A stretch of DNA of 21,933 nt, taken from contig JBDKTL010000028.1 of NCBI GenBank assembly GCA_039698055.1, positions 1 through 21,933 of the forward strand, given 5' to 3'. The position numbers and the translations under genes were made by a program. Under the pieces are notes generated by a model. The model was not told the DNA's origin. It saw only the letters and a program-made list of their open reading frames with translations, and searched no databases. This document shows, one piece after another, positions 1 to 9,583 of this stretch (positions within the stretch are counted from its first letter, which is position 1; each line of letters begins with the position of its first letter). This DNA comes from Methanoregula sp. (GTDB taxonomy: Archaea; Halobacteriota; Methanomicrobia; Methanomicrobiales; Methanospirillaceae).

Positions 1-1
1 A

Positions 2-56
2 TCTTGCCCAGCGAGGGGTCGACGAGACCCCTCAAGCGACCCCATCAGGGGTGGGA
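2..56. repeat. 55-bp GC-rich structured dispersed repeat, copy 1 (may extend past the window edge)
   Basis: Reverse complement of 13441-13495 at 54/55 nt. Contains hairpins GAGGGGTC-N5-GACCCCTC and ACCCC-N4-GGGGT. Confidence 0.9.
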
Positions 57-167
57 TGAATCTTTTTTATATCAAAAAATAATTTTAAAAAAAATCAACA
101 TTCTGAACTTCGCTAACGACATCCCCAATTTTCAATAAAAAAAATTCCCGCCAAAAAAGTGGAGTGC

Positions 168-764
168 CTATTCCATCTTCCGCCACGCGTACGCAAACCG
201 CTGGAATGCGGTTACATGCCCGAATATCCCAAATAATAAAAGCAGCCAGCCAAACCAGGTCAGGCCGGCAATTGACAGGGGTAACAGGATAGTGATTATC
301 CCGACAACCAGAATCAGAACAAGCCGGTCTGCCCGCCCGAGGATGCCCCCGTAATACCTGCCAATACCGACGGCCTGGGCCTGGGTGCCAAGGTATGACG
401 ACATCAGGACACCGGTGAGTGCAAGCACACCAATCTGCCACGGCACAATCCCGCTTGCAAAAATACCGGTAATAATGAAGATATCCGCGTACCGGTCCAC
501 CGCATGGTCAAGGAAATCCCCCCGCTTGCTCGTGATCTTCATCTCGCGGGCGACGGCGCCGTCCATCGCGTCAAAGAACGCGTTTAAGGCGACCGCAAAT
601 ACTGCGCAGAGGTCCAGGCGCAGGTAGAAGAAGATGCCGGCAACCGCCGATGCGACGAATGCAGCAACGGTGAGGATGTTTGGCGTGATCCTGCACCGGA
701 TGGCAAGAGAGACCAGCGGATCGAAATAGACCTTCACGTGCGGGCGGTACTGGTCGAGTGTCAA
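168..764 (-). CDS. pgsA: CDP-alcohol phosphatidyltransferase (archaetidylinositol-phosphate synthase-like)
   Basis: Family motif DAMDGAVAR...GDFLDHAVD, N-terminal ITPNILT, several hydrophobic helices. Confidence 0.9.
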   Translation of the reverse strand: MTLDQYRPHVKVYFDPLVSLAIRCRITPNILTVAAFVASAVAGIFFYLRLDLCAVFAVALNAFFDAMDGAVAREMKITSKRGDFLDHAVDRYADIFIITGIFASGIVPWQIGVLALTGVLMSSYLGTQAQAVGIGRYYGGILGRADRLVLILVVGIITILLPLSIAGLTWFGWLLLLFGIFGHVTAFQRFAYAWRKME

Positions 765-1273
765 TTGTGCACCTCCACAAACATTGACCAGTCGATGGAA
801 CCAAAAGCAGCCGGGATCTCGTCTTTGAAAAACTTCTCGATTACGTCAGCGCACTCCACCGGTTTTTTGCCGGTGCTGTCGACTTCAAGGATTTTGTCAG
901 GATCGTACATTTCCACCGTTTCAATCAGGCAGACGTCCAGCGCTTCAGCATCCATATTCTCCCGGATCTTCTGTGGACTGTACTTGCGCTGTTGTAACCG
1001 TGCCTCAAGCTCGTCAGGGCGGCACCGGAGCACGACAATACGGTCGCAGTCCAGGAGGTGGGCAAAATGCCCTTCGATAAACCCATCGACCGGCTCAAGC
1101 TCGTCAGAGAGCCGGTCAACATCGATCACCTGTGTGTCCCGTGCCTCATCGTCACCGATAACATACGGCTGGACAATCTCCGTGATATGGACAACGGTAT
1201 ACCCGCGCCGGGCAAGCTCATCGGCAACAATCGATTTTCCTGTGCCCGGTGTCCCGGTGATGCCACACATCAT
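761..1273 (-). CDS. Archaeal AK6/Fap7-type adenylate kinase
   Basis: P-loop GITGTPGTGKS, EGHFAHLL, VVLRCRPDELEARL, KIRENMDAE. Confidence 0.88.
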   Translation of the reverse strand: MMCGITGTPGTGKSIVADELARRGYTVVHITEIVQPYVIGDDEARDTQVIDVDRLSDELEPVDGFIEGHFAHLLDCDRIVVLRCRPDELEARLQQRKYSPQKIRENMDAEALDVCLIETVEMYDPDKILEVDSTGKKPVECADVIEKFFKDEIPAAFGSIDWSMFVEVHN

Positions 1274-2325
1274 AGCGAGTTTATCCCCACTAAAAACAAT
1301 TCATTCTCCCAGTCCTCTCCGATACTTACACGGATATAATGATCGGCAAGTCCGCTAAAGCTTCTGCAGGAGCGGACAAGCACACCCTTGCCGGCAAGCT
1401 TTTCCACAACTTCATCGCTCGTGTGGGGTGCAACATCGACCATGACAAAGTTCGCATCCGAGGGCAGGACCGGGAATTTCAGTTCCACAGCAAACCGGGC
1501 CCGCCACCGCAATACCTGTTTGATATAATCGGCGGCATGGTCTTTATCTCCCAGTGCCGCCGCTGCTGCTGCTGCTGACACCGAGTTCACGGTAAAGGGG
1601 GTTCCCGCCCGCTGGTAGTACGGCAAGAGCCATACCGGCACAAAGGCATACCCGATACGCAGCCCGGCAAGCGAGTGCACCTTGGAAAACGTCCTGCCGA
1701 TCACAAGATTGTCGTACTTTCGCATCAGGGGGAGATAATCGGTATCGGAAAACTCGACATACGCATTATCGAGAAACACAATTCCCTGCACGCCTTCAAG
1801 CACGCGGGCTATTGTTTCAAGCGGTGTTGCGTTGCCGGTCGGATTGTTGGGGGTGCACAGTACCGTGATCTTGGCATTCCTGCCTTCCCGCACCAGCGCA
1901 TCGGCATTGACCGAGAAGTCCTTCTCACGGGGAACCGCAACGACCTTTGCCCCCTGTGCCTGCGCGGCAAGCCCGTAGAAGGAGAACGTCGGGGTGGATA
2001 TGGCGACAGTTTCACCGGGATCGATGAGCATCCGCATCAGCGTCTCGATGACACCGTCCATGCCGACACCGGTGACAAAGTGGTAGTCCCCGTAGAATCT
2101 GGCAAGGGCGCTTGTCAGCACGTCCACCCGTTCATCGGGATACCGGTTGACGGTTTCAAGTGCCTGTTGAGCGGCAGCTAAAACAGAGGGTGACGGGGGA
2201 ACGGGATTTTCGTTGCTCGCGAGCCGGGCGATGCGGGTGTCGCCCTCCCTGCGGGCAAGATCGCCGGCTTTTCTGGCAAATACGTAGCCGCCCTGTTTAT
2301 AGCATGACCTGACCAAGCGCTCCAT
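1270..2325 (-). CDS. hisC: Histidinol-phosphate aminotransferase
   Basis: LASNENP, NRYPD, PNNPTG, DNAY, RTFSKVHSLAGLRIGY (PLP lysine). Start placed at ATG 2325 (MERLVRS). Confidence 0.93.
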   Translation of the reverse strand: MERLVRSCYKQGGYVFARKAGDLARREGDTRIARLASNENPVPPSPSVLAAAQQALETVNRYPDERVDVLTSALARFYGDYHFVTGVGMDGVIETLMRMLIDPGETVAISTPTFSFYGLAAQAQGAKVVAVPREKDFSVNADALVREGRNAKITVLCTPNNPTGNATPLETIARVLEGVQGIVFLDNAYVEFSDTDYLPLMRKYDNLVIGRTFSKVHSLAGLRIGYAFVPVWLLPYYQRAGTPFTVNSVSAAAAAAALGDKDHAADYIKQVLRWRARFAVELKFPVLPSDANFVMVDVAPHTSDEVVEKLAGKGVLVRSCRSFSGLADHYIRVSIGEDWENELFLVGINSL

Positions 2326-3448
2326 CGATAACCCTGACCACACGGTCAATCTCGGCATCCGTGATAACAAGTGGCGGGACAAGACGAAGGTTACCGTCAG
2401 CCGCGCAGTTCACGAGCACCCCTTCATTTGCACATTTCTTCTGGACACCGGCACACGCATCTCCGACCGTGATCCCGATCATCAGCCCGCGGCCGCGGGG
2501 ATGATATTTTTCCAGGCCTTTTTTGATCCGCTCTCCTTTACGGGTAATATCCGGCAGGATCTTTTCAATGATCCCGATGGTCGCAAGCGCTGCGGCGCAG
2601 GCAAGCGGACCACCGGCAAACGTGCTCCCGTGCTCGCTCTTTTTGAACTCAAGACCGTCCCGTGCGACGAGCGCTCCCATCGGAAACCCGCTTGCAATTC
2701 CCTTTGCAAGGGTTACGATATCGGGAACGGCTTTTGTGTGCTGCACTGCAAGCCACTTCCCGGTACGGCCCATGCCGGTCTGCACTTCATCGACAATCAT
2801 CAGCGTGTCGGTTGCATCACAGGTCTCGCGGATGCCTTCCATGAAACTGTTTGGGGGGATGATGACACCGGCTTCACCCTGTATCGGCTCGACAATGACC
2901 GCGGCAGTATCGCCGTCAATGGCTTTTTTCAGGCCATCGAGATCGCCATATTCGACAAATGTTGTCTGGAGCCCGAGCGGTTCAAACGGCTCCCGGATCG
3001 CAGGCTTGTGGGTGACCGCAAGAGAGCCCACGGTCCGGCCATGGAACCCGTGCATGAATGCGACAAATTTCTTCTTCCCGGTCCGGACACGGGCAAGTTT
3101 CAGGGCGCCGTCTGTAGCCTCGGCTCCCGAATTTGAGAAGAATGCCTTGGACAAACCCGTAGCTTCCACGATTTTTTTTGCCACTTCACCCTGGTGGGGG
3201 ACGTAATAGAGGTTTGAGCAGTGGATGAGCGAGTGCGCCTGATCGCAGATCGCCTTGACGACCGCCGGGTGGCAGTGCCCGGTGCTGCACACCGCGATGC
3301 CTGCTACGCAATCGATATATTCGTTTCCTTCCGCATCCCAGACTTTTGAGCCTTCCCCCTTCACAATCGCCATATCCCGGGAGAATGCAGGCATATAGTA
3401 ACGCTCGTCGAGCGCCTTGAACTGGCTGGTTTTTTCCATTCCCATCAC
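2297..3448 (-). CDS. argD: Acetylornithine aminotransferase (class III)
   Basis: FSNSGAEA, FHGRT, EPIQGEAG, DEVQTGMGRTG, TLAKG, HGSTFAGGP. Confidence 0.92.
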   Translation of the reverse strand: MMGMEKTSQFKALDERYYMPAFSRDMAIVKGEGSKVWDAEGNEYIDCVAGIAVCSTGHCHPAVVKAICDQAHSLIHCSNLYYVPHQGEVAKKIVEATGLSKAFFSNSGAEATDGALKLARVRTGKKKFVAFMHGFHGRTVGSLAVTHKPAIREPFEPLGLQTTFVEYGDLDGLKKAIDGDTAAVIVEPIQGEAGVIIPPNSFMEGIRETCDATDTLMIVDEVQTGMGRTGKWLAVQHTKAVPDIVTLAKGIASGFPMGALVARDGLEFKKSEHGSTFAGGPLACAAALATIGIIEKILPDITRKGERIKKGLEKYHPRGRGLMIGITVGDACAGVQKKCANEGVLVNCAADGNLRLVPPLVITDAEIDRVVRVIDGALGQVML

Positions 3449-3504
3449 TTTTTTTAATAATGTTCGTTTATTCTTTGTTTATACGGTCTTCTAAAAAAGA
3501 CCAC

Positions 3505-4422
3505 TCACTCATACTCGATTGTTGCCGGGGGTTTTGCGGTGATATCGTAGACCACCCGTGACACACGCGGGATATCGGCAGTGATTCTCGAGCCGATTTT
3601 TGTGAGATGATCGAAAGGGATATTGATCGGATCGGCAGTCATCCCGTCACGTGAATTGACCGCACGGATAGCAACAATCCACCCGTGGATGCGGTTGTCC
3701 CCTTTCACGCCGGTCCCAAGGCCAAGAAGCGCCGCAAAGCACTGCCACGGGTGGTAGCTCTCGACAAGTTCTTCTTCGACAATCCAGTTAGCCTCACGGA
3801 TGACCTCGACTTTCTCCTGTGTCACTTCGCCAAGCACCCGGACGGCAAGCCCGGGGCCCGGAAACGGCATCCGGTGCTGGATCTCCTTTGGCATGCCAAG
3901 CGCGCCTGCCACATCACGCACTTCGTCCTTGTAGAGATCGCGGAGAGGCTCGATCACTTGTGAAAATTCCATATGAAGGGGCATGCCGCCGACATTGTGG
4001 TGGCTTTTTATGCCCCCCTCGCTCTCGATCCGATCGGGATAGATCGTGCCCTGCAGCAGGCAGGTCGCACCCTGTTTTTTTGCTTCCCGCTCAAAACACC
4101 GGATGAACCGCTCGCCGATTGCCTTGCGCTTTGCCTCAGGATCGGTAATTCCTTTGAGAGACTCCAAGAATTCATCGCCGGCCTCAACAACCTGGAGATG
4201 GATATCGGAAAAGAGCATTTTTATCCGTTCGGTCTCCCCTTTGCGCATCAGGCCGGTGTCAATGTAGATCGGGATCAGCCGGTCGCCGATTGCCCGGGCG
4301 GCAAGTACGGCACAGACGGAACTATCGACCCCTCCCGAGAGCGCCATGACCACTTTTTCATTGCCGGCAGCGGTTTTGATCTCCTCGATGGACTGGGAAA
4401 TAAATTTTTGTGTGTTTACCAT
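3505..4422 (-). CDS. guaAB: GMP synthase subunit B (ATP pyrophosphatase subunit)
   Basis: [41 protein letters not shown]-terminal KPPATIEYE. Confidence 0.96.
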   Translation of the reverse strand: MVNTQKFISQSIEEIKTAAGNEKVVMALSGGVDSSVCAVLAARAIGDRLIPIYIDTGLMRKGETERIKMLFSDIHLQVVEAGDEFLESLKGITDPEAKRKAIGERFIRCFEREAKKQGATCLLQGTIYPDRIESEGGIKSHHNVGGMPLHMEFSQVIEPLRDLYKDEVRDVAGALGMPKEIQHRMPFPGPGLAVRVLGEVTQEKVEVIREANWIVEEELVESYHPWQCFAALLGLGTGVKGDNRIHGWIVAIRAVNSRDGMTADPINIPFDHLTKIGSRITADIPRVSRVVYDITAKPPATIEYE

Positions 4423-4434
4423 ACGATCGCAATC

Positions 4435-6015
4435 CTATTTGGTGAGTTTATTGGCCTTGCATGCGCTCACAAATCCAACATAGGGCGGGGATGGCCGGGT
4501 CGGGCGGGATTTGAACTCGGGGTGGAACTGTGTCGCAAAGAAGAACGGGTGACCGGGAAGTTCGAGCATCTCCATACGGTTTTTGTTGGTCGCCGAGAAG
4601 ACGAGCCCGGCATCCTCAAGATTCTTTATGTACCGCGGGTTGACTTCATACCGGTGCCGGTGCCGTTCGACAATCTGCGGCTCCCCGTACAGTTTCATCG
4701 CAAGTGTGCCATCGCGAATATCAGCCGTATAATTGCCAAGCCGCATCGTGCCGCCAAGCTCGGTGAGCCCTTCCTGCTCCGGCAGGAGTGCAATCACGTG
4801 GGTGCCTTCACCCATCTCTTCACTGGTTGCATCCGGTATCCCTGCCTTGTTGCGGGCAAATTCCACGACCGCAAGCTGGAACCCGAGACAAAGCCCGAGG
4901 AAAGGCACATTGTTCTCGCGGGCGTACCTGATCGCCTCAATCTTGCCTTCGATACCCCGTTTGCCAAAGCCTCCCGGTATGAGTATCCCGTCATAATCCT
5001 TGAGCTGGCACTTCTCGTACCGCTCGGCGTCCAGCCAGACTATCTTTACTTCCGTTGAGAGCGAGCGCCCCGCATGCTTGAGCGCTTCCTTGATACTGAT
5101 ATAGACGTCCTCAATGCCGTATTTGCTGACAATTGCAACCGTCACCCGGTTGGTATATTCTTTGGTGACAACACGGTACCAGCTGGAATCGATATCACGC
5201 GGTTCAAGGCCAAGATGGGCGGAGAGGACATCGGCAATCCCTTCCTTTTCCATCTCCATGGGGACTTCATACGTATCCGGCGCCGTGGCTGCCGATATGA
5301 CGGCATTGATGGGGAGGTCGCAGAACGCCGAGATTTTGCGTTTGGTGTTGGACCCAATCACCCGCTCGCTCCGGCCGACGATGATATCCGCGTGGAGCCC
5401 CAGTTCCCGCAGCGCTTTTACCGAGTGCTGGGTGGGTTTTGTCTTGAGATCGCCCATCGTATCTTCCGGTATGAGCGTGACATGGATCAGTACATAGTCT
5501 GTGTCGGGCAGTTCGCCACGCATCTGGCGGGCCGCTTCCAGAAACGGCATGCTCTCTATATCGCCGACAGTTCCGCCCACTTCCACAAGACAGACATCGG
5601 GTCGTGTCCCGTCAGGGAATTCCTCTTCGGCAGCCAGACGGATGCACGCTTTGATCTCGTCGGTGATGTGGGGGATGATCTGGACGGTTTCGCCAAGGAA
5701 ATCGCCGCGCCGCTCCTTATCGATGACCGTGCGGTACACTTTCCCGGTGGTGATATTGTGCGGAGCGGAAAGTTCGATATCAAGGAACCGCTCGTAGTTC
5801 CCGAGATCGAGATCGACTTCACTCCCGTCCTTTAAGACAAAAACTTCCCCGTGCTGGGCAGGGTTCATCGTCCCTGCATCGATATTCAGGTAGGGATCGA
5901 TTTTGACCGCGGTCACCCGGTATCCCCGGTTCTTCAGGATGCGCCCCACTGAAGCGGCGGTAATTCCCTTTCCAAGGCCGCTCATCACTCCGCCGGTAAT
6001 AAAAATGTACTTCAC
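4435..6015 (-). CDS. pyrG: CTP synthase
   Basis: [58 protein letters not shown]; GTG start. Confidence 0.98.
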   Translation of the reverse strand: MKYIFITGGVMSGLGKGITAASVGRILKNRGYRVTAVKIDPYLNIDAGTMNPAQHGEVFVLKDGSEVDLDLGNYERFLDIELSAPHNITTGKVYRTVIDKERRGDFLGETVQIIPHITDEIKACIRLAAEEEFPDGTRPDVCLVEVGGTVGDIESMPFLEAARQMRGELPDTDYVLIHVTLIPEDTMGDLKTKPTQHSVKALRELGLHADIIVGRSERVIGSNTKRKISAFCDLPINAVISAATAPDTYEVPMEMEKEGIADVLSAHLGLEPRDIDSSWYRVVTKEYTNRVTVAIVSKYGIEDVYISIKEALKHAGRSLSTEVKIVWLDAERYEKCQLKDYDGILIPGGFGKRGIEGKIEAIRYARENNVPFLGLCLGFQLAVVEFARNKAGIPDATSEEMGEGTHVIALLPEQEGLTELGGTMRLGNYTADIRDGTLAMKLYGEPQIVERHRHRYEVNPRYIKNLEDAGLVFSATNKNRMEMLELPGHPFFFATQFHPEFKSRPTRPSPPYVGFVSACKANKLTK

Positions 6016-6231
6016 GTAATCTCCCCGATTGCTTTACTGTTTTGATTCGATTCCGTATTATGATTATCTTTTCGCCGGGAAATGCAGGTTTTTACAGGTT
6101 TTTTGCCAGCGGCCGTTATTCCGTTTTTCCTTTTGGTGGGGCATACGCCAGTGCGGGTGGCAAAAATCCTCAAAAAAACACCGGTAAAAAGGACAAAATA
6201 GTTTATCAGCCTGCCGGTAAAAAACTTCAGT

Positions 6232-6462
6232 GTGCCCCTGCGGATACCGGAGACATTCATCAAGAAATGCGCCATACTGGCCGGGATCATCTGCCTGCTT
6301 CTCTTTGTTGTAACCCTGCTCGCCCTCAACATCACCCCGGATTATGTGGATATACTCACGAAAAACGAGCAGATGAAATATAACCTTGTGTTCCTCGCGG
6401 TGCTTGCGCCCGGTATCACGCTTGTTTCCCTGCTGTTATTGATGGAAATCGGGAAGAAATAA
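6232..6462 (+). CDS. Small hypothetical membrane protein (two TM helices)
   Basis: 76-aa ORF with two hydrophobic stretches and a Lys-Lys end; fills the gap before the TPR gene. Confidence 0.55.
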   Translation: MPLRIPETFIKKCAILAGIICLLLFVVTLLALNITPDYVDILTKNEQMKYNLVFLAVLAPGITLVSLLLLMEIGKK

Positions 6463-6540
6463 CCAATCCATACGGTCATATCCAAAAAAAAAAATTGCCG
6501 TTAAAAACATTCATGTGTGCAGGAATCAAAAAATGGGGAT

Positions 6541-7248
6541 ATGAAACTCCGGCAGATATTATTCATTCTGGCGATTCTGTCATTTATTTCCTGTATCGCC
6601 ATCCCGGTGATGGCTGATGACACCACCCCGGTGGATGAAGCTACCCAGCTGTACAATAACGGTGTACGAACGCTTGCAACAAATAATTATGAAGGGGCAA
6701 TTGCGCTGTTCGACCAGGCACTGGCATCAAACATCACGATGATAAGAATCTCCGATGCCCTGCTCTATACGTACCAGGGCAAGGCATATGCACTCATCCA
6801 GCTGGGACGGTACAACGATGCTATCCAGACACTTGACCTCGGTATTGCCGAGTATCCCAAAGATGCAATGCTCTGGAACAACAAGGGATATGCGTACTTC
6901 AAACTGGGAAAATATTCCGATGCCGTAACCGCATATGACAATGCCATCGCGATCGATCCCGCCTATACCGGCGCACTGATCAACAAAGGAGATGCTCTCT
7001 ATGCGGCGGGACAGTATGCCGATGCGGTCACGGCATACAACAAGTCGCTTGAAAACGATCCCGGAAATGCTAACACGACAGAAAAACTTGCAACCGCACA
7101 AAAAGCTGCAGCATCCGCCATTTCACCGGTGACCATCCTCCTGATTATTCTCGTCATTGCATGTGCCGGAATCGCCGGGTATTATCTCCTGCGAAAAAAA
7201 CCGGTTAAGGAAGAGCCAAAGAAGAAGAAGAAATCTGCCAAAAAATAA
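6541..7248 (+). CDS. Secreted, membrane-anchored TPR-repeat protein
   Basis: Signal peptide MKLRQILFILAILSFISCIAIPVMA, about four TPRs (e.g. LWNNKGYAYFKLGKYSDAVTAYDNAIAIDP), C-terminal TM and Lys-rich tail. Alternative GTG start at 6517. Confidence 0.88.
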   Translation: MKLRQILFILAILSFISCIAIPVMADDTTPVDEATQLYNNGVRTLATNNYEGAIALFDQALASNITMIRISDALLYTYQGKAYALIQLGRYNDAIQTLDLGIAEYPKDAMLWNNKGYAYFKLGKYSDAVTAYDNAIAIDPAYTGALINKGDALYAAGQYADAVTAYNKSLENDPGNANTTEKLATAQKAAASAISPVTILLIILVIACAGIAGYYLLRKKPVKEEPKKKKKSAKK

Positions 7249-7316
7249 TTTTTTTTAATATCGTCATAAGAAGAGAGAAATTCAGGGGCTGTAGTGACAC
7301 TTTACCTAAAAAAAGA

Positions 7317-7571
7317 TTATGCGGGTATACTATGACAATTTAATTTTCCAAAGAGTTTTTTAGGGATTTGGACTTTTCTTGCTTTTGATATCGGGATGGG
7401 CAGAGACTGGTTATCGTCACGTAATCCTTCAAGATGGAATTTAATCGCTTCTCTCATGTTTTTGATTATCTTCTCTTCGGTTTTACCCGTTGCAATTACC
7501 CCGGGAAGATCCGGGCAGTACGCCGAAAAGTTTCGTTTCCCTTCTTCGATAATTATGGTAAATGAAACCAT
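7317..7571 (-). CDS. hicB: HicB-family antitoxin (short form)
   Basis: FSAYCPDLPGVIATGKTEEKIIKNMREAIKFHLEGL; start overlaps the hicA stop (TAATG). Confidence 0.9.
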   Translation of the reverse strand: MVSFTIIIEEGKRNFSAYCPDLPGVIATGKTEEKIIKNMREAIKFHLEGLRDDNQSLPIPISKARKVQIPKKLFGKLNCHSIPA

Positions 7572-7777
7572 TATGTTCCCTCCGTTTTGAGTCCTGCTTG
7601 TTTCAATACACTATTCAATGTTCCCGGTCTGACTTCATCGTTGAGATGACCGGATATTGTGACAAGGCCGGGCTTTGTCGGATGTTTGAATTGCCGATGA
7701 TCTCCTTTTTGGCGATGCAATTCCCATCCATCAGATTCGATTGAATTGATCAATTTTCGAATCTTCACAGGATGCAT
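7571..7777 (-). CDS. hicA: HicA-family mRNA interferase toxin
   Basis: DGWELHRQKGDHRQFKHP...VTI...GTLNSVLKQAGL; ATG at 7777. Confidence 0.92.
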   Translation of the reverse strand: MHPVKIRKLINSIESDGWELHRQKGDHRQFKHPTKPGLVTISGHLNDEVRPGTLNSVLKQAGLKTEGT

Positions 7778-7922
7778 TGTTTCCTGCGGCAACTGTATGT
7801 TACTCTATCATTATAACATTATGTTGTTGTAGGAGAAATTTGCTTGCCGGATTTCTCCGTCACCATCTGTTGTATATGCTTATTTGGAAACTTTCTTTAA
7901 AAAAAGAGACCTGTTTTTCCGT

Positions 7923-8342
7923 TTATTCCTTCATGGCCGTTACGGCAAATGCCGCTGTCGTCCGGGAAAGGATCGTTTTTTTGTCGTCATTCAAACGGAT
8001 ATCCCCTTCCACAAACGCAACGCGCCTGCCTTTCCTGGTGACACACCCTTCTGCGACGATGGTGCCTTCCCGCACACCCTTGATAAAACTGGTGGATTCG
8101 GAGATGGTTGCAATACCCTCGTTTTTGGCAAGAAGAGGATAGAGCGCAAGCGCCATTGCTTCATCGGCAAGCGCCACGAGCATCCCGCCCTGGAGCCAGC
8201 CCACCCCGTTGAGCATATCCGGGCGCACGGTCATGCTCAGGACGGCTTTTCCGGCTTCATACTGCACCACATCGATACCCATCTGGCAAAAAAACGGGTT
8301 TGCATCGCGGCCATATTTTTCGATATTATCAAGATACGTCAT
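7923..8342 (-). CDS. PaaI-family hotdog-fold thioesterase
   Basis: NPFFCQMGI, MLNGVGWLQGGMLVALADEAMA, GRRVAFVEGDI. Start at ATG 8342 or 8351; the longer ORF-track extension overlaps an opposite-strand gene. Confidence 0.88.
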   Translation of the reverse strand: MTYLDNIEKYGRDANPFFCQMGIDVVQYEAGKAVLSMTVRPDMLNGVGWLQGGMLVALADEAMALALYPLLAKNEGIATISESTSFIKGVREGTIVAEGCVTRKGRRVAFVEGDIRLNDDKKTILSRTTAAFAVTAMKE

Positions 8343-8478
8343 TGTCCTCATAGACTGTTTTTGTTTAAAAGGGGATTTAAGATTATCCCGCTTGGCAAAA
8401 TCAACAACCCGGCGAACTTTTTTTGCTGCATACCCCGGTACAAAATACTTTATTGGTTGAGCAAACGACGTATCCTTC

Positions 8479-8709
8479 ATGCAGAGTGAAGAAACAAAAG
8501 AAATGCTTGCCGACCTTGTCTGGCTCAACGCCCTGATCGCAACCGAACTCTTACAGGTAACCGAGAATACGTCTGCCATCCTGCGTAAAACCACTCCTCC
8601 GGCAAGTTGCCTCGCGGAGCACCAGGCGCTCCGGGCAACGGCTCTTGCCATCGCAGAAAAATACCGGAAGAATACCGTGCTTGCCCAGCACCTCACCGGA
8701 CACCAGTAA
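8479..8709 (+). CDS. Small helical hypothetical protein
   Basis: 76-aa ORF divergent from the thioesterase, with natural-looking amphipathic composition. Confidence 0.7.
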   Translation: MQSEETKEMLADLVWLNALIATELLQVTENTSAILRKTTPPASCLAEHQALRATALAIAEKYRKNTVLAQHLTGHQ

Positions 8710-8875
8710 TATTATTGGCAATCTTCACCCACCAGTAAGAGAGAGCCATAGAAAAAAACCCGGAACTTTGTGCACAATCGTTCCCCATGGTACATGTGTC
8801 CGCCACCATGATACCCGTACCTGACGTCCCTTTCAAACAAGACCAGTAAAAAATTCACCAGAACCCGTGTCATCC

Positions 8876-9583
8876 ATGTCCCCCGCACCCGATATCCGCT
8901 ACAGCCTTGTCATCCCCGCATACAATGAAGAGAACCGTATCGCATTCCTTTTCGATGCGATCACCCGTTTTGACGGGGAGCTTATTGTCGTCTGCGATGG
9001 GACTGATTCGACTGCCGATGTGGTCGGGGAGATTGCCAAAAAGCGCCCTGACCTGTCGATCCGGTGCCTGCGGTTTACCACCCGGCTTGGAAAAGGAGGA
9101 GGGGTCATTGCCGGGCTTGTGGCGGCACAGGCACCACTCGTCGGGTACGTGGACGCGGACGGGTCAACCCGGATGGATGAGATGATCCGGCTGTTTTCCC
9201 GGCTTTCATCCTCCGATGCCGCCATTGGTTCACGCTGGGTCGCCGGTTCGCAGCTGGGCGTCCGCCAGAGCCTGATGCGGCAACTGGAGAGCAGGGGATT
9301 TAACCTGTTTATCCGGATCTTTTTTGGCCTTTCCTTCAACGACACCCAGTGCGGGGCAAAAGTCTTTAAAAAAACCGCGCTCGACACTGTATTGCCAAAG
9401 ATGATCTCCCGGGGGTTTGAATTTGACGTCGAACTTCTCTGGCGGTTGTCAAAGGAGGGGTACCGCATCGATGAATGTCCTATTGAATGGCAGAACAAAG
9501 GGGATTCGCGGGTACAGAAAAGCGATATGATCCGGATGCTTGCAGGCCTGTTAAAGGTCAGGTTCGCCGCAGGGAATGCATGA
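8876..9583 (+). CDS. GT2 glycosyltransferase (dolichyl-phosphate glucosyltransferase-like)
   Basis: SLVIPAYNEE, VCDG, GKGGG, YVDADGS, IGSR, DTQCGAKVF, FEFDVELL. Alternative GTG start at 8867. Confidence 0.92.
   Translation: MSPAPDIRYSLVIPAYNEENRIAFLFDAITRFDGELIVVCDGTDSTADVVGEIAKKRPDLSIRCLRFTTRLGKGGGVIAGLVAAQAPLVGYVDADGSTRMDEMIRLFSRLSSSDAAIGSRWVAGSQLGVRQSLMRQLESRGFNLFIRIFFGLSFNDTQCGAKVFKKTALDTVLPKMISRGFEFDVELLWRLSKEGYRIDECPIEWQNKGDSRVQKSDMIRMLAGLLKVRFAAGNA

Noticed and set aside
738-5835. Long plus-strand ORFs (e.g. 738-1358, 2501-3136, 2523-3206, 3973-5058, 5074-5835)
   Set aside because: Antisense shadows of well-supported housekeeping genes, with no recognisable motifs.
6012-6383. ORFs 6012-6335 (-) and 6042-6383 (+)
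   Set aside because: They cross a homopolymer-rich divergent promoter region and overlap a more plausible membrane ORF.
7284-7300. GGGGCTGTAG resembling a tRNA 5' end or an IS terminus
   Set aside because: No D arm, anticodon arm or TTCGA follows, and I found no matching inverted end.
8352-8696. N-terminal extension of the thioesterase ORF to 257 aa
   Set aside because: It overlaps the opposite-strand gene 8479-8709; PaaI proteins are about 140 aa.
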